A stretch of DNA of 64,000 nt, from positions 8,925,728-8,989,727 of the forward strand of contig NC_057754.1 in NCBI RefSeq assembly GCF_004010195.1, given 5' to 3'. Made by a program: the position numbers and the translations under genes. Shown one piece after another: positions 23,085 to 35,826 of the stretch. The stretch is from Chiloscyllium plagiosum (lineage: Eukaryota). Position 1 is the first letter of the stretch; each line of letters opens with the position of its first letter. A model generated the notes under the pieces. It was not told the DNA's origin. It saw nothing but the letters and a program-made list of their open reading frames with translations, and did no database searches.

Positions 23085-24239
23085 CCAAGGGAGTTTTGCT
23101 GAACAGAAACCTTGGAGTGCAGGTTCATAGCTCCTTGAAAGTAGAGTCGCAAGTAGATAGGATAGTGAAGAAAGTGTTTGGTATGCTTTCCTTTATTGGT
23201 CAGCGTATTGAGTATAGGGCTTGGGAGGTCATGTTGCGGCTGTACAGGACATTGGTTAAGCCACTGTTGGAATATTGCGTGCAATTCTGGTCTCCTTCCT
23301 ATTGGAAAAATGTTGTGAAACCTGAAAGGGTTCAGAAAAGATTTACAAGGATGTTGCCAGGGTTGGAGGATTTGAGCTATAGGGAGAGACTGAATTGGCT
23401 GGGGCTGTTTTCCCTGGAGTGTCAGAGGCTGAGGGGTGACCTTTTTGAGGTTTATAAAATCATGAGGGGCAGGGATAGGATAAACAGACAAAGTATTTTC
23501 CCTGGGGTGGGGGAGTCCAGAACTAGAGGCCCTAGGTTTAGGGTGAGAGGGAAAAATATGGAAGTGACCGAAGGGGCAAAGTTTTCAGAGGGTGGTGCGT
23601 GTATGGAATGAGCTACCAGAGGAAGTGGTGGAGGCTGGTACAATTGCAGCATTTAAAAAGGAATTTGGATGGGCATATGAATAGGAAGGATTTAGAGGGA
23701 TATGAGCCAAGTGCTAGCAAATGGGACTAGATTAGGTTAGGATAGCTGGTCGGCATGGACTAGTTGGACCGAAGGATTTGTTTCCGTACTGTACATCTCT
23801 ATAACTTTATGCTCAGCAATGTATTGGAATCATCAAGTCTGAAGGTAGTAGCAACATGGTGAGGGTTTTAGCAGCAGACGAGGTGGGGTAAAGGCAGGTA
23901 ATGTTACAGAAATCTAAATGTGTGGTATTAGTGATGGTGTGGGTATGAGACCAAGGTTGTGAACAGTGTGTTCAGTTTCAGTTCAGGAGAGGGATGGACT
24001 CTGGGCAACAGAATTTATTGTAGCAACAGAAAACGATGGTCTTCTAAATTTGTGATTCAAGGATGTTTCCACGCATTCAGTACTGAATAGTCACTGAAAC
24101 TTTAGCAATAGTGGAAGAATGAAGAGAGATGGTAGTGTGGTAGAACAGGGTCTTGTCAGTGTACGTGCAGTAACTGCATGTAGTTGAGAATAGGAGGGCC
24201 GAGGATAGATCAGATTAGGGTATGCAAAAGTAAACAAGA

Positions 24240-24510
24240 GCAGCACAGTGCCAGGGATGCGAGTTCAATTCCAGCCTTGGACATTTTGGCTGTGTGGAGT
24301 GTGCACATTCTCCCCATGTCTGCGTGGATTTCCTCTGGGTGCTCTGGTTTCCTCCCACGGTCCAAAGGTGTGCAGGTTAGGTGGATTTGCCATGGGAGGT
24401 GCAGTGTTACAGGAACAAGGTTGGGGGAGTGAGTCTGGGTGAGGTGCTCTTCGGAGAGTTGGTGTGGACCTGTTGGGCCTAATGGCCTGTTTCCACACTG
24501 TAGGGATTCT
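24240..24510 (+). mobile_element. HE1-type V-SINE (older)
   Basis: V-domain and tail GGCCTGTTTCCACACTGTAGGGATTC. Confidence 0.85.
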
Positions 24511-24659
24511 ATTAACTTTGCAGAGGAAAGGAAGGTTGAAGATGGGTCTGCAGTTTGAAAGTATGGTGGGGTCAAGGGTTTTTTTTCCAGTACATGATGA
24601 CAATTGATCTAAAGGTGAGACTAAAAGCTGAAAGTGGGGTAACAGTTAATACTGAATCA

Positions 24660-26250
24660 CAGAAATTTACAGTGTGGAAAACGAGAATACTGGTTTGTAT
24701 TGAGGATATTTCTACTCATTCACACCTGGAATACAGTTATTGTCCCCTATCTAAGAAATGATACAGTGCTGTAAAGGTAGTCCAGAGAATGTTCATTTGT
24801 TTTATGCATAGGTAAGAGAGGTTGAGTACATTTGAGCCTGTACTAATTGGAGTTTAGAAGAATGAGAGGTGACATTATTGAAACACACAAGGTTCTTAGG
24901 GGACTTGAGAGGACAAATATGGATAGGTGATGGTTACTCCTTGTGGAAGAGTTCAACACCAGTGAGCAAAATCTCAGTAAAGGGTCAGCATTTAAGACAG
25001 ATGTGAGGAAAATTGACTTCTCTCCAGGGAGTAGCAAATGTTTTAAAGTTCTTTACCACAGAGGTCTGTTGAGGCTGGATCATGGAGTACATTTAAAATA
25101 GACATTTTTAATAAGTAAAGAATTTGAGGGTTATGGGGAGAAAGTAGGAAAATGTAGTTGCAGGTTATCAAATCGGCCAATAAACAGCTGAACAGACTCT
25201 GTGGGCTGAATGGCCTATTTCTGCTCCTGTGTCTTATGGTCCAGAAGGAAAGCCGTTGGCCCTTCAGGCTGTGCTTTGTGAACAACTATTTCCCTTAATG
25301 CCATTCTCCTGCCTTCTGATTAAACCTGGCTTCACCATACCATCAGGTAGCACATTGCTGACCTCAACCATTCTCAACGTGAAACACCTTTTCCTCCTAT
25401 CACCTTTCTCTCTTTTTACCAATTTATGACACTAAGCTGGGTGAGCAGGTGAACTGTGACGTGGACAGTTATATGAGTGGGCAGATGGACAGTAATGAGG
25501 TGTAATATGGATGAATGAGGTTATCCACTTTGATAGCAAAACCGGGCAAGCAGATTATTATCTGAATGATAGACTGGGTAAGAGGGAGGTGCAACGAAAC
25601 CTGGGTGTCCTTGCGTACCAATTGCTTAAAGTAAGCAGGCAAGTGGTGAAGAAGGCAAATGGTATGTTGGCCTTTAGTGAGAGGTTTTGAGTACAGGAAC
25701 AGGGATGTCTTACTGGAACTTTACAGGGTGTTGATGAGATTAAAGCTGGAGTAGTATGTGCAGTTTTGGTTGTCTTATCTGAGGAAGGATGTTCTGGCTA
25801 GAGGCTGTGGCACAGACTTACCACCTATCCACTCCACCCTCCCCTCTGACCTATCACCATCACCTTCCCCCACCAGCCTCACCACCACACTCCTACCTAT
25901 CTCTCAGCTCCCTTCCTCCACCCCCACATTCCTGATGAAGGACTTATGCCCGAAACATAGATTCCCCACCTCCTTGGATGCTGTCTGAATGGCTATACTT
26001 TTCCAGCGCCACACTTTTCAACTCTGATCTTCAGTCCTCACTTTCTCCCACAGAGAGTTACTAGTCTGATTCCTGTGATTGTGGAACTGATGTACAAAGA
26101 GAGACTGGATCGGTTAGGACTACATTCACCTTGATCCCTAGATTAAAGAGATGAAAGGGTATGGGATAAAAGGAGGAACAGGGTAGTTGGATGATCAACT
26201 AGATCATATTGAATGCAAACACACTTGAAAGGCCAGACACTCCTATTTTT
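24660..26250 (+). mobile_element. two decayed CR1-clade 3' fragments (about 24660-25240 and 25430-26250) with a Penelope 3' end at about 25820-26049
   Basis: HLEYS/LEYYVQFW-type remnants. Hammerhead motif CTGATGAAGGACTTATGCCCGAAACATA at 25932-25959. Confidence 0.65.
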
Positions 26251-26344
26251 ATGTTACTAATTACTTTAAATCTGTGTCCTTACTTTGTAAATTTCATGAG
26301 TGGGACAGTTTTCTCCCTTTTAATGTGATCAGTCATTTCATTAT

Positions 26345-26785
26345 TTTGATTCGATTTATTAATGTCACTGTACTTAGGAACAGTGAAAAATTTTGTTTTG
26401 TGTGCATTACAGGCTGATCATACCATACAAAATGTATTAGGGTCAGAGAACAGAGCGAGGAATACAATGTTATGGCTGCAGAGAAGGTGCACAAACAGCA
26501 AGATCAACATTAGATTTAAAGTTTGAGGGATCCATTTCAGAAGCCTGATAACAGCGAGGAAGATGATGTTCCTAAGTCTGTTGGAACGTGTTTAGGCTGT
26601 TTGTATCTTCTTCCTGACTGAAGAGTTATAACCGGGGTGAGAGGGGTCTTTGATGATGGCTGCCTTCCCAAGGCAGTAAGAGTATAGACGGAGTCAATGG
26701 ATGGAAGGTTAGCTTGCATGATGGACTAGGCTGTGTTCACAACTCCTTGTAGTTTCTTATGGTCCTGGGCAGAGTAGTTGCCATA
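26345..26785 (-). mobile_element. Rex1/Babar-like LINE 3' fragment
   Basis: Remnant reading QDHKKLQGVVNTA...LPSIDSVY...SGRRY typical of the Rex1 C-terminus, followed by a 3'UTR with AATAAA. Confidence 0.6.
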
Positions 26786-27607
26786 GCTTTCTCTTCTCCA
26801 AGGAAAGCAGCTCCAACACCTCCAATCTATCTTCATTACTTAAATTTATCATCACTGGAACCATTTATTCTTCTAAACCTCTTCTGCAATCTCTCCAATG
26901 TCTTCATGTGTCCAGAACTGGATGCAACACTCCATCTGAGGTCAAGCTTGTGTCTTTTTCAACAGAACCTCCTTGCTCTTGTACTCTACGCCCCTATTAA
27001 AGTGTAGGATAACTATATTTTATTAACTGCTCTCACAATATGTTCTCCCACCTTTAATGACTTTTGTACATATATATCCATGCCTTTCTGCTCCTTCACA
27101 GCAGTACCCTTTGTTTTGTCCTCTATCCATATTCTTCCTACCAAAATATATCACCTCATACTTTGTTGCAATGAACGTCATCTGCCAATTCATCAATGCC
27201 TTGTTTGGTTCTACACTACCTTCCATCAGCATTGTCCTGATAATGATAACTGTGATCTCTCCAAAACAATCTGGTAAGATAGTGAAAGACATGGTCCTTT
27301 AATAAATTCATGTTGGCTGACCTCAATTAATCTACATGTGTCCTTGTGGATGTTTATTTTGTTCCTAATCAATCTTCTGGCACCACCTGAAAGTCTAAGA
27401 AAGGCTGAAAAAGTATGACCATTGCATCTGCAATTTCTGTTCTCACTTTCCTCAGTATTCTCATCTGGTCCTGGTGTCTTAGCCACTTTCAGCACACACA
27501 GCCCATCGAATAGCTCCCTCTTATCAACTTTAACTATTCTAACTATCATTTCTCAGCTGGGTAGCTTCTTCCTCCTTATTAAAGATAGATATAAAAGTAT
27601 GTGTTTA

Positions 27608-28257
27608 GGATAGTGAAGGAGGCGTTTGGTATGCTTTCCTTTATTGGTCAGAGTATAGAGTATAGGAGTTGGGAAGTCATGTTATGACTGTACAGGATAT
27701 TGGTTCAGCCACTTTTGGAATATTGCATGCAGTTCTGATCTCCTTCCTATTGGAAAGATGTTGTGAAACTTGAAAGGGTTCAGAAAAGATTTACAAGCAT
27801 GTTACCAGGGTTGGAGGATTTGAGCTATAGGGAGAGGCTGAACAGGCTGGGGCTGTTTTCCCTGGAGTGTTGGAGGCTGAGGGGTGATCTTATAGAGGTT
27901 TACAAAATGGAGGGGCATGGATAGGATAAATAGACGAAGTCTTTTCCCTGGGGGGAGAGGGGGGGGGGAGTCCAGAACTAGAGGGTATAGGTTGAGGGTG
28001 AGAGGGGAAAGAAATAAAAGAGACCTAAGGGGCAGCTTTTTCACGCAGAGGGTGGTGCCTGTGTGGAATGAGGAAGTGGTGGAGGCTGGTAATTGCAACA
28101 TTTAAAGGGCATTTGGATGGGTATATGAATAGAAAGGTTTTGGAGGGAATTGGGTTGGGTGCTGGCAGGTGGGACTAGATTGGGTTGGGATATCTGATTG
28201 GTATGGATGGGTTGGACCAAAGGGTCTGTTTCCGTGCTGTACATCTCTATGACTCTA
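27608..28257 (+). mobile_element. CR1 3' fragment
   Basis: Near-identical to 23160-23810, including the tail. Confidence 0.9.
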
Positions 28258-28382
28258 ATTCAGCCATGCCAAGTACCTCCATATATAAATCCTCCAAACC
28301 AGCCCATTCCTCGTTTCACCATTAAATCTGGAATTAAGAGTCTATTGATGAGCAGGAAACTGTTGTCAATTGTTGGAAAACC

Positions 28383-28861
28383 TGTGGTGTAAAATTCCAA
28401 GCAGTGGAATGTGGTGAAACGGTTAAAAATTATGTCCCAATACATGTGTGAATCTAACCGGAATGGAGGTGTTGCTTAGTCCCGTGTGAATCTTATTACA
28501 CACCTCCCCGTGTGAATCTTCTTATCTGTATGTAACCAGAATGGAATGTGTTTTTTAGCCTTGCTCTGCTGTTCACATGAATGTTTATATCTGGAAAAGA
28601 GTATATCAGCTGGAAAAGTCTCCAGTTCGGTGAGTCTGCTCCGGGGTTACGTTTAACCGCCGAGCGTGGGTTGTTGGCAACCGCTCTACGAGAACTGACG
28701 GCTCCCAGTTCCGGTAACATGTAGAGTGAGTATAAGCCAGACCCGTTGTGGCGACGCTGCGGGGAATAAAATGCCCATATTCTAGCAGACTCGCCTCTTG
28801 GTCGTTTGTTCTGTGTCAGACTACTCTCCTACGAACCTGACCTTGAGAATTTTTTAAAACA
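28383..28861 (+). mobile_element. solo LTR (479 bp, TG...CA) with 5-bp TSD, inserted in a SINE
   Basis: AAACC at 28378-28382 and 28862-28866, TGT start and ACA end, TATA-like GAGTATAT at about 28600 and AATAAA at about 28765. The flanks (28325-28382, 28862-29010) rejoin as the SINE family seen at 61340-61637. Confidence 0.8.
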
Positions 28862-29261
28862 AAACCCCAGGGAAGGAAACTGCCATCCTTACTTGATCTG
28901 GCCGACATGTGATTTCAAACCCACAACAATGTAGTTGACTGGGCAATTAGGGATGGGCACGAAATGCTGGCCTAGCCACCAATGACCTCATCCTGGAATG
29001 AATTTCCTTAAAATGTCCTGTGTCTGTAGAAATTCTTTTATGTTATTCACTCTCTTCATACTCCTTCTTGGTGCCTCTTATGTCAGGCCACATCTCTGAA
29101 CATTGAAAACCAGGCTGAAAATACAATCATATTTTTGACCTGATATCCATCGTAAGCATGGTTTCCTTTTGTTGTCATAATTTCTTCCTTTTATATTTCA
29201 TCCAGGGAACGCTAGAGTTGTTTGCCATACTTTTCCCTCTGAAGGAAATATACCTTGACTA

Positions 29262-29386
29262 TGAGAAAGTGAGGTCTGCAGATGCTGGAGATCAGAGCTG
29301 AAAAATGTGTTGCTGGAAAAGCGTAGCAGGTCAGGCAGCATCAAAGGAGCAGGAGAATCGACGTTTTGGGCATAAGCTCTCGTCAG
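29262..29386 (-). mobile_element. Penelope-like 3' end with mutated hammerhead
   Basis: Standard tail; the core reads CTGACGAGAGCTTATGCCCAAAACGTC. Confidence 0.8.
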
Positions 29387-29768
29387 TGTGAGCACATTTA
29401 TGCCACATCAGTTCACAGGAGTTTTTATAACACTTTCCAGAGTCAGCAGTTGAGATGAACAAGTAAATCCTTTTCCACACTGACAGCAGGTGAATGGTCT
29501 CTCACCCATGATGGGTCAACAGATGGGATAACTGAGTGAATCCCTTCCCACACTGAGCAGATGGATGGCCTGTCTCCAATGTGAGTGTATCGATGGGTTT
29601 CCAGCTCAGATGGGTAACTGAATTCATCCTCACAGTGCCCACTTTCCAGTTTCTTCCCTGTGTGACTCCACCTGTAAACTGTGATGTTTCCTTCCATGCT
29701 TAAAATCCAGTTTTATTCAGGCCCTGATAACTGATTCCCAACTGCAAATTCTCCTTTTCTAATATTCT
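29387..29768 (-). pseudogene. C2H2 ZNF pseudogene (same family)
   Basis: Acceptor TTTTACAG and a leader like those of the intact genes, then MEG...HTGKKLESGHCEDEFSYPSELETHRYTHIGDRPSICS followed by frameshifts. Confidence 0.8.
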
Positions 29769-30344
29769 GTAAAATTGATTTAAAACAGACAAAATGAATG
29801 AGCGAACTCACAGAAACACAAAGGCAGGTTGTGAAATGGAGCTGAATAAATCTGGTAATTTGTGGAGCTGTCACAAAGGAAACATTGATCGTGAAAGTGC
29901 TAAATCGATTTTTTAAAAAATCTAACTGGTGAAGCGAAGTGAACTTACCACCCAATTTGGATCTACCTAAGAGTATGGTGGCATAAACAGAGAGAGAGAA
30001 GTGGGAAAGACATGAAGGAGAGGGATTTTTTAGATGTACGACTCTGACAAAAATTTTTCATCCTCTCCCAAATCCTCAACCCCCACGACATTAGAAGGAT
30101 TAGATAACCGCATCTATGAAGACCATTCCTTTAAGTCTCCCAACAAGTCATAGACTGTTCTGACTTGTCTCCCATCCAGTATTGGACATTTCCTTCATCT
30201 CCAATACTAGAAATTTACTTCATTTAAATATTGGGTAAACTGAAGCAATCTACTTCACACCCCACTACAGACTCCGATTCCCCACGACCAACTCCATCCA
30301 CCCTTGTCTGAAATTGAACCAGAGTGCACAGCATTTCAACTTGA

Positions 30345-31018
30345 GTTCAGGTACCTAATTTTTTGAAGTTTATGTCACAGGTAGACAGGGTAGTTAAGAA
30401 GGCATTTAGCATGCTTACCTTCATTGCTCAGACCTTTGAATATAGGTATTGGGATGTTATATTGAGGTTGTACAGGACATTGGTGAGACCTCTTTTGGAA
30501 TACTGTATCTAGTTCTGGTCTCCCTGTTATAGGAAGGATATTATTAACCAGGAGAGAGTTCAGAAGAGATTTGCCAGTGTATTGCTGGAAATAGAGGGTT
30601 TTAATTATAAGGAAGGCTGGATTGGCTGGGACTTTTTCACTGGAGCGTGGGAGGTTGAGGGATGACCCTATAGAGGTTTATAAAATCATGAGGGGTATTA
30701 AAAATGTGAATGACAGGTGTCTTTTCCCTAGGATGGGGGATTTCAATAGGGGGCATATTTTTAAGGTGAGAGGAGAAAGAAGTTTTCAAAAATAATTGCC
30801 TCCATGTCTTTTTTGCAGAGTGGATAGTGTGTGGAATGAACTGCCAGAGGAAGTGGTGGATGCAGGTACAGTTATAACATTTAAAACATCTGCAATAGGT
30901 ATATGAATAGGAAATATTTGGAGGGACATGAGCCAAACACGGGCAGGTGAAACTAGTTCAGTTTGGGATTATGGTCTGCACGGACTGGTTGGACGGAACC
31001 AGTGCTGTATGACTCTAT
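30345..31018 (+). mobile_element. CR1 3' fragment
   Basis: LYRTLVRPLLEYC region through to the tail. Confidence 0.85.
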
Positions 31019-31308
31019 AAGCTTTAACCACATATTCCAGTCATCGCCAAGACCACCTTTTCCACCTCCAATACTATTGCAAAGTGTTCCCTAGTCTCAG
31101 TTCATCTTCTGCTGAAACTCTTGTCATCTCTCAACATAAACAATCCTGACACACTCATGGTTGGTTTTGCACAATCAACCACCCTGTCATTTTGAAGATC
31201 ATGTAAAACTCTGCTGCGGAATGGGCCTGGGTTGGTTGCTCTTCGGAGGGTCGGTGTGGACTTGTTGGGCTGAAGGGCCTGTTTCTACACTGTAAGTAAT
31301 CTAATCTA

Positions 31309-32600
31309 CTATAGTGGTGTCATCAACAAATTTGAAAATGTGTTGCTGGAAAAGCGCAGCAGGTCAGGCAGCATCCAGGGAACAGGAGAATCGATGTTTC
31401 GGGCATAAGCCCTCATCAACAAATTTGTCAGTGGAGTTTGAGCTGAATTTGACCAAACAGTCATAAGTGTATAAATATGTACAGTAAGGTGCTGAGTATG
31501 CAGCCTTGAGGGGCACTGGTGTTGAGGATTATCGTGGAGGAGGTCTTGTTCCTTATCCTAACTGATTGTGGTCTGCGGGTCAGCAAGTCAAGGATCCAGC
31601 TACAGCATGGGGAACAGAGTTCCAGGTCTCGGAGTTTGGAGATGAGTTTGTTTGGAATTATGGTGTTTAAAGGTGGAGCTAAAGTCAATAAATAGGAATC
31701 TGATGTAGGTGTCCTTGTTATCCAGATGTTCCAGAGATGAGTGTAGGGTCAGGGTGATGGCGTCTGCCATGGATCTATTGTGGTGGTAGACGATTTGTAA
31801 TGGACCAAGGCAATCTGGGAGACTGCAATTGATGCCATTACTAACCTCTCGAAGCACTTCATAAAGATGGCTGTCAGAGCCACCGGGCAGTACTCATTAA
31901 GGCACATTGCCTGATTTCTCTTTGGCATGGGGACGATCATGGTCTTCTTGAATCGGGTGGAACCTCATATCGGAGTAGGGAGAGATTAAAGATGTCTGTG
32001 AATACTCCCACCAGTTGGTCCGCGCAGGATCTGAGTGCATGACTGGGGACATCGAGGCCAATTGCTTCCCAAGGGTTCACTCTCAAAAAGGCCAATCTGA
32101 AATCTGCGGTGGTGACTGTGGGTACAAGTGCACTCGAGGCTGTCGGGGCAGGTGACATCATTTCAATCACCACCTGTTCAAAATGAGCATTGAATGCATT
32201 GAACTCATTGGGGAGGGAAGCACTATTGTCAGCGATTCCACTCAACCCCCCTTTGTAGCCCATTATATCATTAAATCTTGCCACAGTCTGCGACTCCAGT
32301 TTAATCTGGTATTGTTTCTTGGCATTCCTGGTGGCTTTGCAAAGATCGTACCTAGATTTTCTGTAAAGGTCAGGGTCACCCGACTTGAATGCCTGAGCCC
32401 TAGACTTCAGTGGTTTCCAGTTGGGAACACCGGGATGAATTTGTTTGCAACACGCAGACCTTACTGATGAAGTATCTGACGGTAGTGGCGTACTCATTTA
32501 GATTGGCGGCTGAGTTCTTGATTGTAGACCAGTCCATGGACTCCAAGCAGTCACTGAGGAGCTCATCTGTTACCTCAGACCAGTACTGTGTGAACGTCCC
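31309..32600 (-). mobile_element. Rex1/Babar LINE RT fragment
   Basis: [53 protein letters not shown] and SAPQGCILS. Contains a Penelope fragment at 31335-31412 with TSD TCATCAACAAATTTG (31320-31334, 31413-31427). Confidence 0.85.
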
Positions 32601-32630
32601 TGGGACAGCAGCGCAGATTTACCCTAATTA

Positions 32631-35226
32631 CACCTCATTCTCCTATACCGCGCATTTCATCAATGCGATTTGGCTGTAAGGTAGATTGGGGAACGACTTT
32701 TTAAAATATTAATTCCCATTGGCTATTATGCAATTCCACCCCTGATTACCTTAAGTCCACTCTGTGTTTACTTCACATCAAGCAAAAGAGGTTGGATGAT
32801 GAGGCAATTTTTTTTTTTTTACCTTTTATTGTTGATATTTTTAAGGATGTTTTTAGGAACGTTTAAAAATGCTATTGGCAGAAGGACTTTGATAAGGTGC
32901 TGCACAGGCGGCACATAGTGCCCATAGTGTTAGAGACAAGGTACTAGCATGGTTAGAAGATTGGCTGTCTGGCAGAAGGCAGAGAGTGGGGATAAAAGGG
33001 TTCTTCTTAGAATGGAAGCCAGTGACTTGTGATGTCCCACAAGGGTCAGTATTGGAACCATAACTTTGCACTTTATACATTTAATGATCTGGCTGAAGGA
33101 ACTGAGGGCATTCTGGTTAGGTTTGCGGATGATACAAAGATAGGTGGAGGGGCAGGCAGTATTGAGGAGGTAGGAAGGCTGCTGAAAGATTTCGACAGGT
33201 TAGGAGAGTGGGCAAAGGAGTGGCAGATGAAATACAACATGGGAAAGTGTGAGGGCATTCACTTTGGTAGGGAGAATAGAGGCATGAACTATTTTTGAAA
33301 TGGGGAGAAAATTCAGAAATCTGAAGTGCAAAGAGACTTTGGAGTCCCAGTCCAGGTTTCTGTTCCGGTAAACTTGCAGGTTGAGTTGGTGGTTTGGAAG
33401 GCAAATACAATGTTGTCATTCATCTTAAGAGGACTAGAACATAAAAGCAACGATGTACTTCTAAGGCTTTATAAAGCTCTGGTCAGACCATAATTACAGT
33501 ACTGTGAGCAAGTTTGGGCCCAATAGCTGAGGAAATATGTTTTGGCCGTGGATCGGGTCCAGAGGAGGTTCACTGGAATGATCCCTGGAATGAAAGGCTT
33601 AACATATGAGGACTCTGGGATTATACTCAATGGAGTTTAGAAGGTTGAAGCGAGGGATCTGATTGAAACTTACAGAATACTGAATGACCTGGACAGAGTG
33701 GACATTGGGAAGATGTTTCCATTGGTAGGAGAGATGGGGGCTTGAGGGCACAGCCTTAAGAGTAAAGGGAAGACCTTTCAGAATGGAGATAAGGAGAAAC
33801 GTTTTTTGCCAGAGTGGTGAATCTGTGGAATTCACAGACAGAGGTTTTTCATCTTCCTGCTTTCTCCCTGTAACCTTTGATCCCTTAGCAATCAAGAACC
33901 TATCAGCCATGATTGAACACCGGAGCAGATTTGATTGGCTGAATGGCCTAATTTCTGCTCCTATGTCTTATGGACATCATTGGGATGTCAGTAAGGACTG
34001 CTTGCATGCATTCTGGCACAGGCCTCTCCCAGATTTTCTTCATGATTTTAAAGGTGTTAATTGCTGGAAGCTGCTCTGACAGTTCAAAGAACATTGTGTC
34101 GCTCTTGCAAAGCAAGTTGGATTTGAAGAAACTGAGACTGATCTCCAACAACTTTGTTGCTGCAAGAGAAATGGAAACAGTGAAGTCCAGGATGCAGCGC
34201 CACGAGAACTTTCCACTTCCCTTTTGTTTCTGAGGGAAGTTGAGAAGCTGTTACAGCTCTTCTTAGAAGGCAATGACTACAATGCAGAATGCAGTAGGAT
34301 AGCAGTTCATGGCATAAAATCTTGTCTGGCACCCTATGAACAGCTCCTTCACAATAGAAGACACATGACAAAACAGCAAAAACTAGATGCCTTTTTTAAG
34401 CCAACCTCCAAGAAACAGTCTGAGGACAGTGAACCACAGCCATCCACTTCTGGACTAAATATTTTCTTTTGTCGTAACCCTGTACCTGAAAGTAATGATG
34501 ATGCTGCTGATTACTCTGTGCCCCTCTCTTAATACAGTACTGTAACTCAGCAATCTCTGAAATCCCTTTGTGCTAGATTTATTGTATTATTTCATTAAAA
34601 TATGATTTTAATATTTACTTAGACTGTGCTATCATTTGTGTTAGGCTAACTACTACTTTTTGATTCAATTTTTACTTACACTTTCGGTGGTTCACTCTAA
34701 CTCTGATTTTCCCAATGTTAGGTTCCCTGCTTGATGCAACTGCAATACGCCAACTATTGTGAACAGCCACCATTTATTTCAGCACGTACAAGTTTTTGGA
34801 AGATCACTTAACACTCTCCGTGATGTTTGTGGAGTGTGTCAAGCGAGGCTCTCTGAACAAGGGAACTGTCCTCCCATTATACAGGGTTTTACATCACAGT
34901 CAGTGATGCACACAAGACACAACCCCCTGCCCCTCCCCCATAGTCAAATGTCACCCAAAAACAATGTGTGGTTGTTATTCTTTAAAACAGTGAGAGATTA
35001 GGTTATTCCTTAAACTACAACATTTACAGAGTATGATTAGATTGTCACATCCTGCCTGCAAGACAGAACCCCCCCCCCACCCCCAGGACATCCACTTTTT
35101 TACATGTTAGCCAAACATATTAACCCTTTAACATCTCACCATATATCCCGTTATTTCTATTGCGTGATTCTCTGTAACACAATGTCGCACGAGATTGCAT
35201 CTGCCGCGTTATAGTAGAACAGACCA
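32631..35226 (+). mobile_element. decayed pogo/Tigger-like DNA transposon (interrupted by CR1 at about 32880-33972)
   Basis: ORF 34224-34532 ends ...LAPYEQLLHNRRHMTKQQKLDAFFKP...PQPSTSG, a pogo-type C-terminus. Degenerate inverted ends TTCTCCTATACCGCG (32638-32652) and CGCGTTATAGTAGAA (35205-35219) have TA outside each putative terminus. Confidence 0.6.
32880..33972 (+). mobile_element. CR1-clade LINE RT/3' fragment
   Basis: VPQGSVL, RFADDTKIGG, LYKALVRP and tail TGCTCCTATGTCTTATGG. Confidence 0.85.
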
Positions 35227-35826
35227 TATACCTAGATCTTGGGGTTACGTTATGAGCAGAGGCTGCACAATTCAGTCTTAGGTTTACTATGCCAGGTCAT
35301 TCAGCCTATTGCTTTCATTCCAGCTCACTAGAGAGCCACGCTATCTGTCTCCTTTCCCTGCTCTCTCCACAAAGCTCTGCAATTTTATTTCCCTCAAGTG
35401 CCTGCCAAATTTCCTTTCTAAATCATTGAACTCTCCACTTCTGGTACCCACAATATTCTGAGTGTTACCACGCATGTGCTAAAACAAAAGAGTTCTTGCT
35501 CAAACCTTAAATGTTTCTCCCCCAGTCCTTGAATCATCACCTAATGGTAACTACTTTTCTCATCCTATTTGATCTAAACCTCTCAAAATCACCTTTATCT
35601 TTACTAAATCTCCCCATAATCACTTTGCTTCAGAGAGAACAAACTAAACATGTTCCTGCATTTCCATTTCCTGGTTCCATTCTGATAATTCTCGGCTTCC
35701 GCACAAGGACCTTCATTCAAAACGTAAAAATTAGGAGCAGCAGTAATGAATAAATAAACACAAGGTATTGCATTTTGGTAAAACAAACAAGGGCAGAAAT
35801 TATACAATTCAAAGTAGGCTCTTGGG

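Larger units (their letters stand above)
20190..23810 (+). mobile_element. long CR1 LINE ORF2 plus 3' tail, broken by two Penelope insertions
   Basis: APE motifs (YFNAR, YYRPPN, DFNFP), RT motifs (LGPLLFVTYINDLD, KFAGD), [19 protein letters not shown] and the CR1 tail. Highly similar to 12020-14600 in the opposite orientation. Confidence 0.9.

Noticed and set aside
20773..23652. long antisense ORFs (176, 154 and 178 aa)
   Set aside because: Shadow frames of CR1/Penelope sequence; most short ORFs in the track are likewise TE fragments or their antisense.
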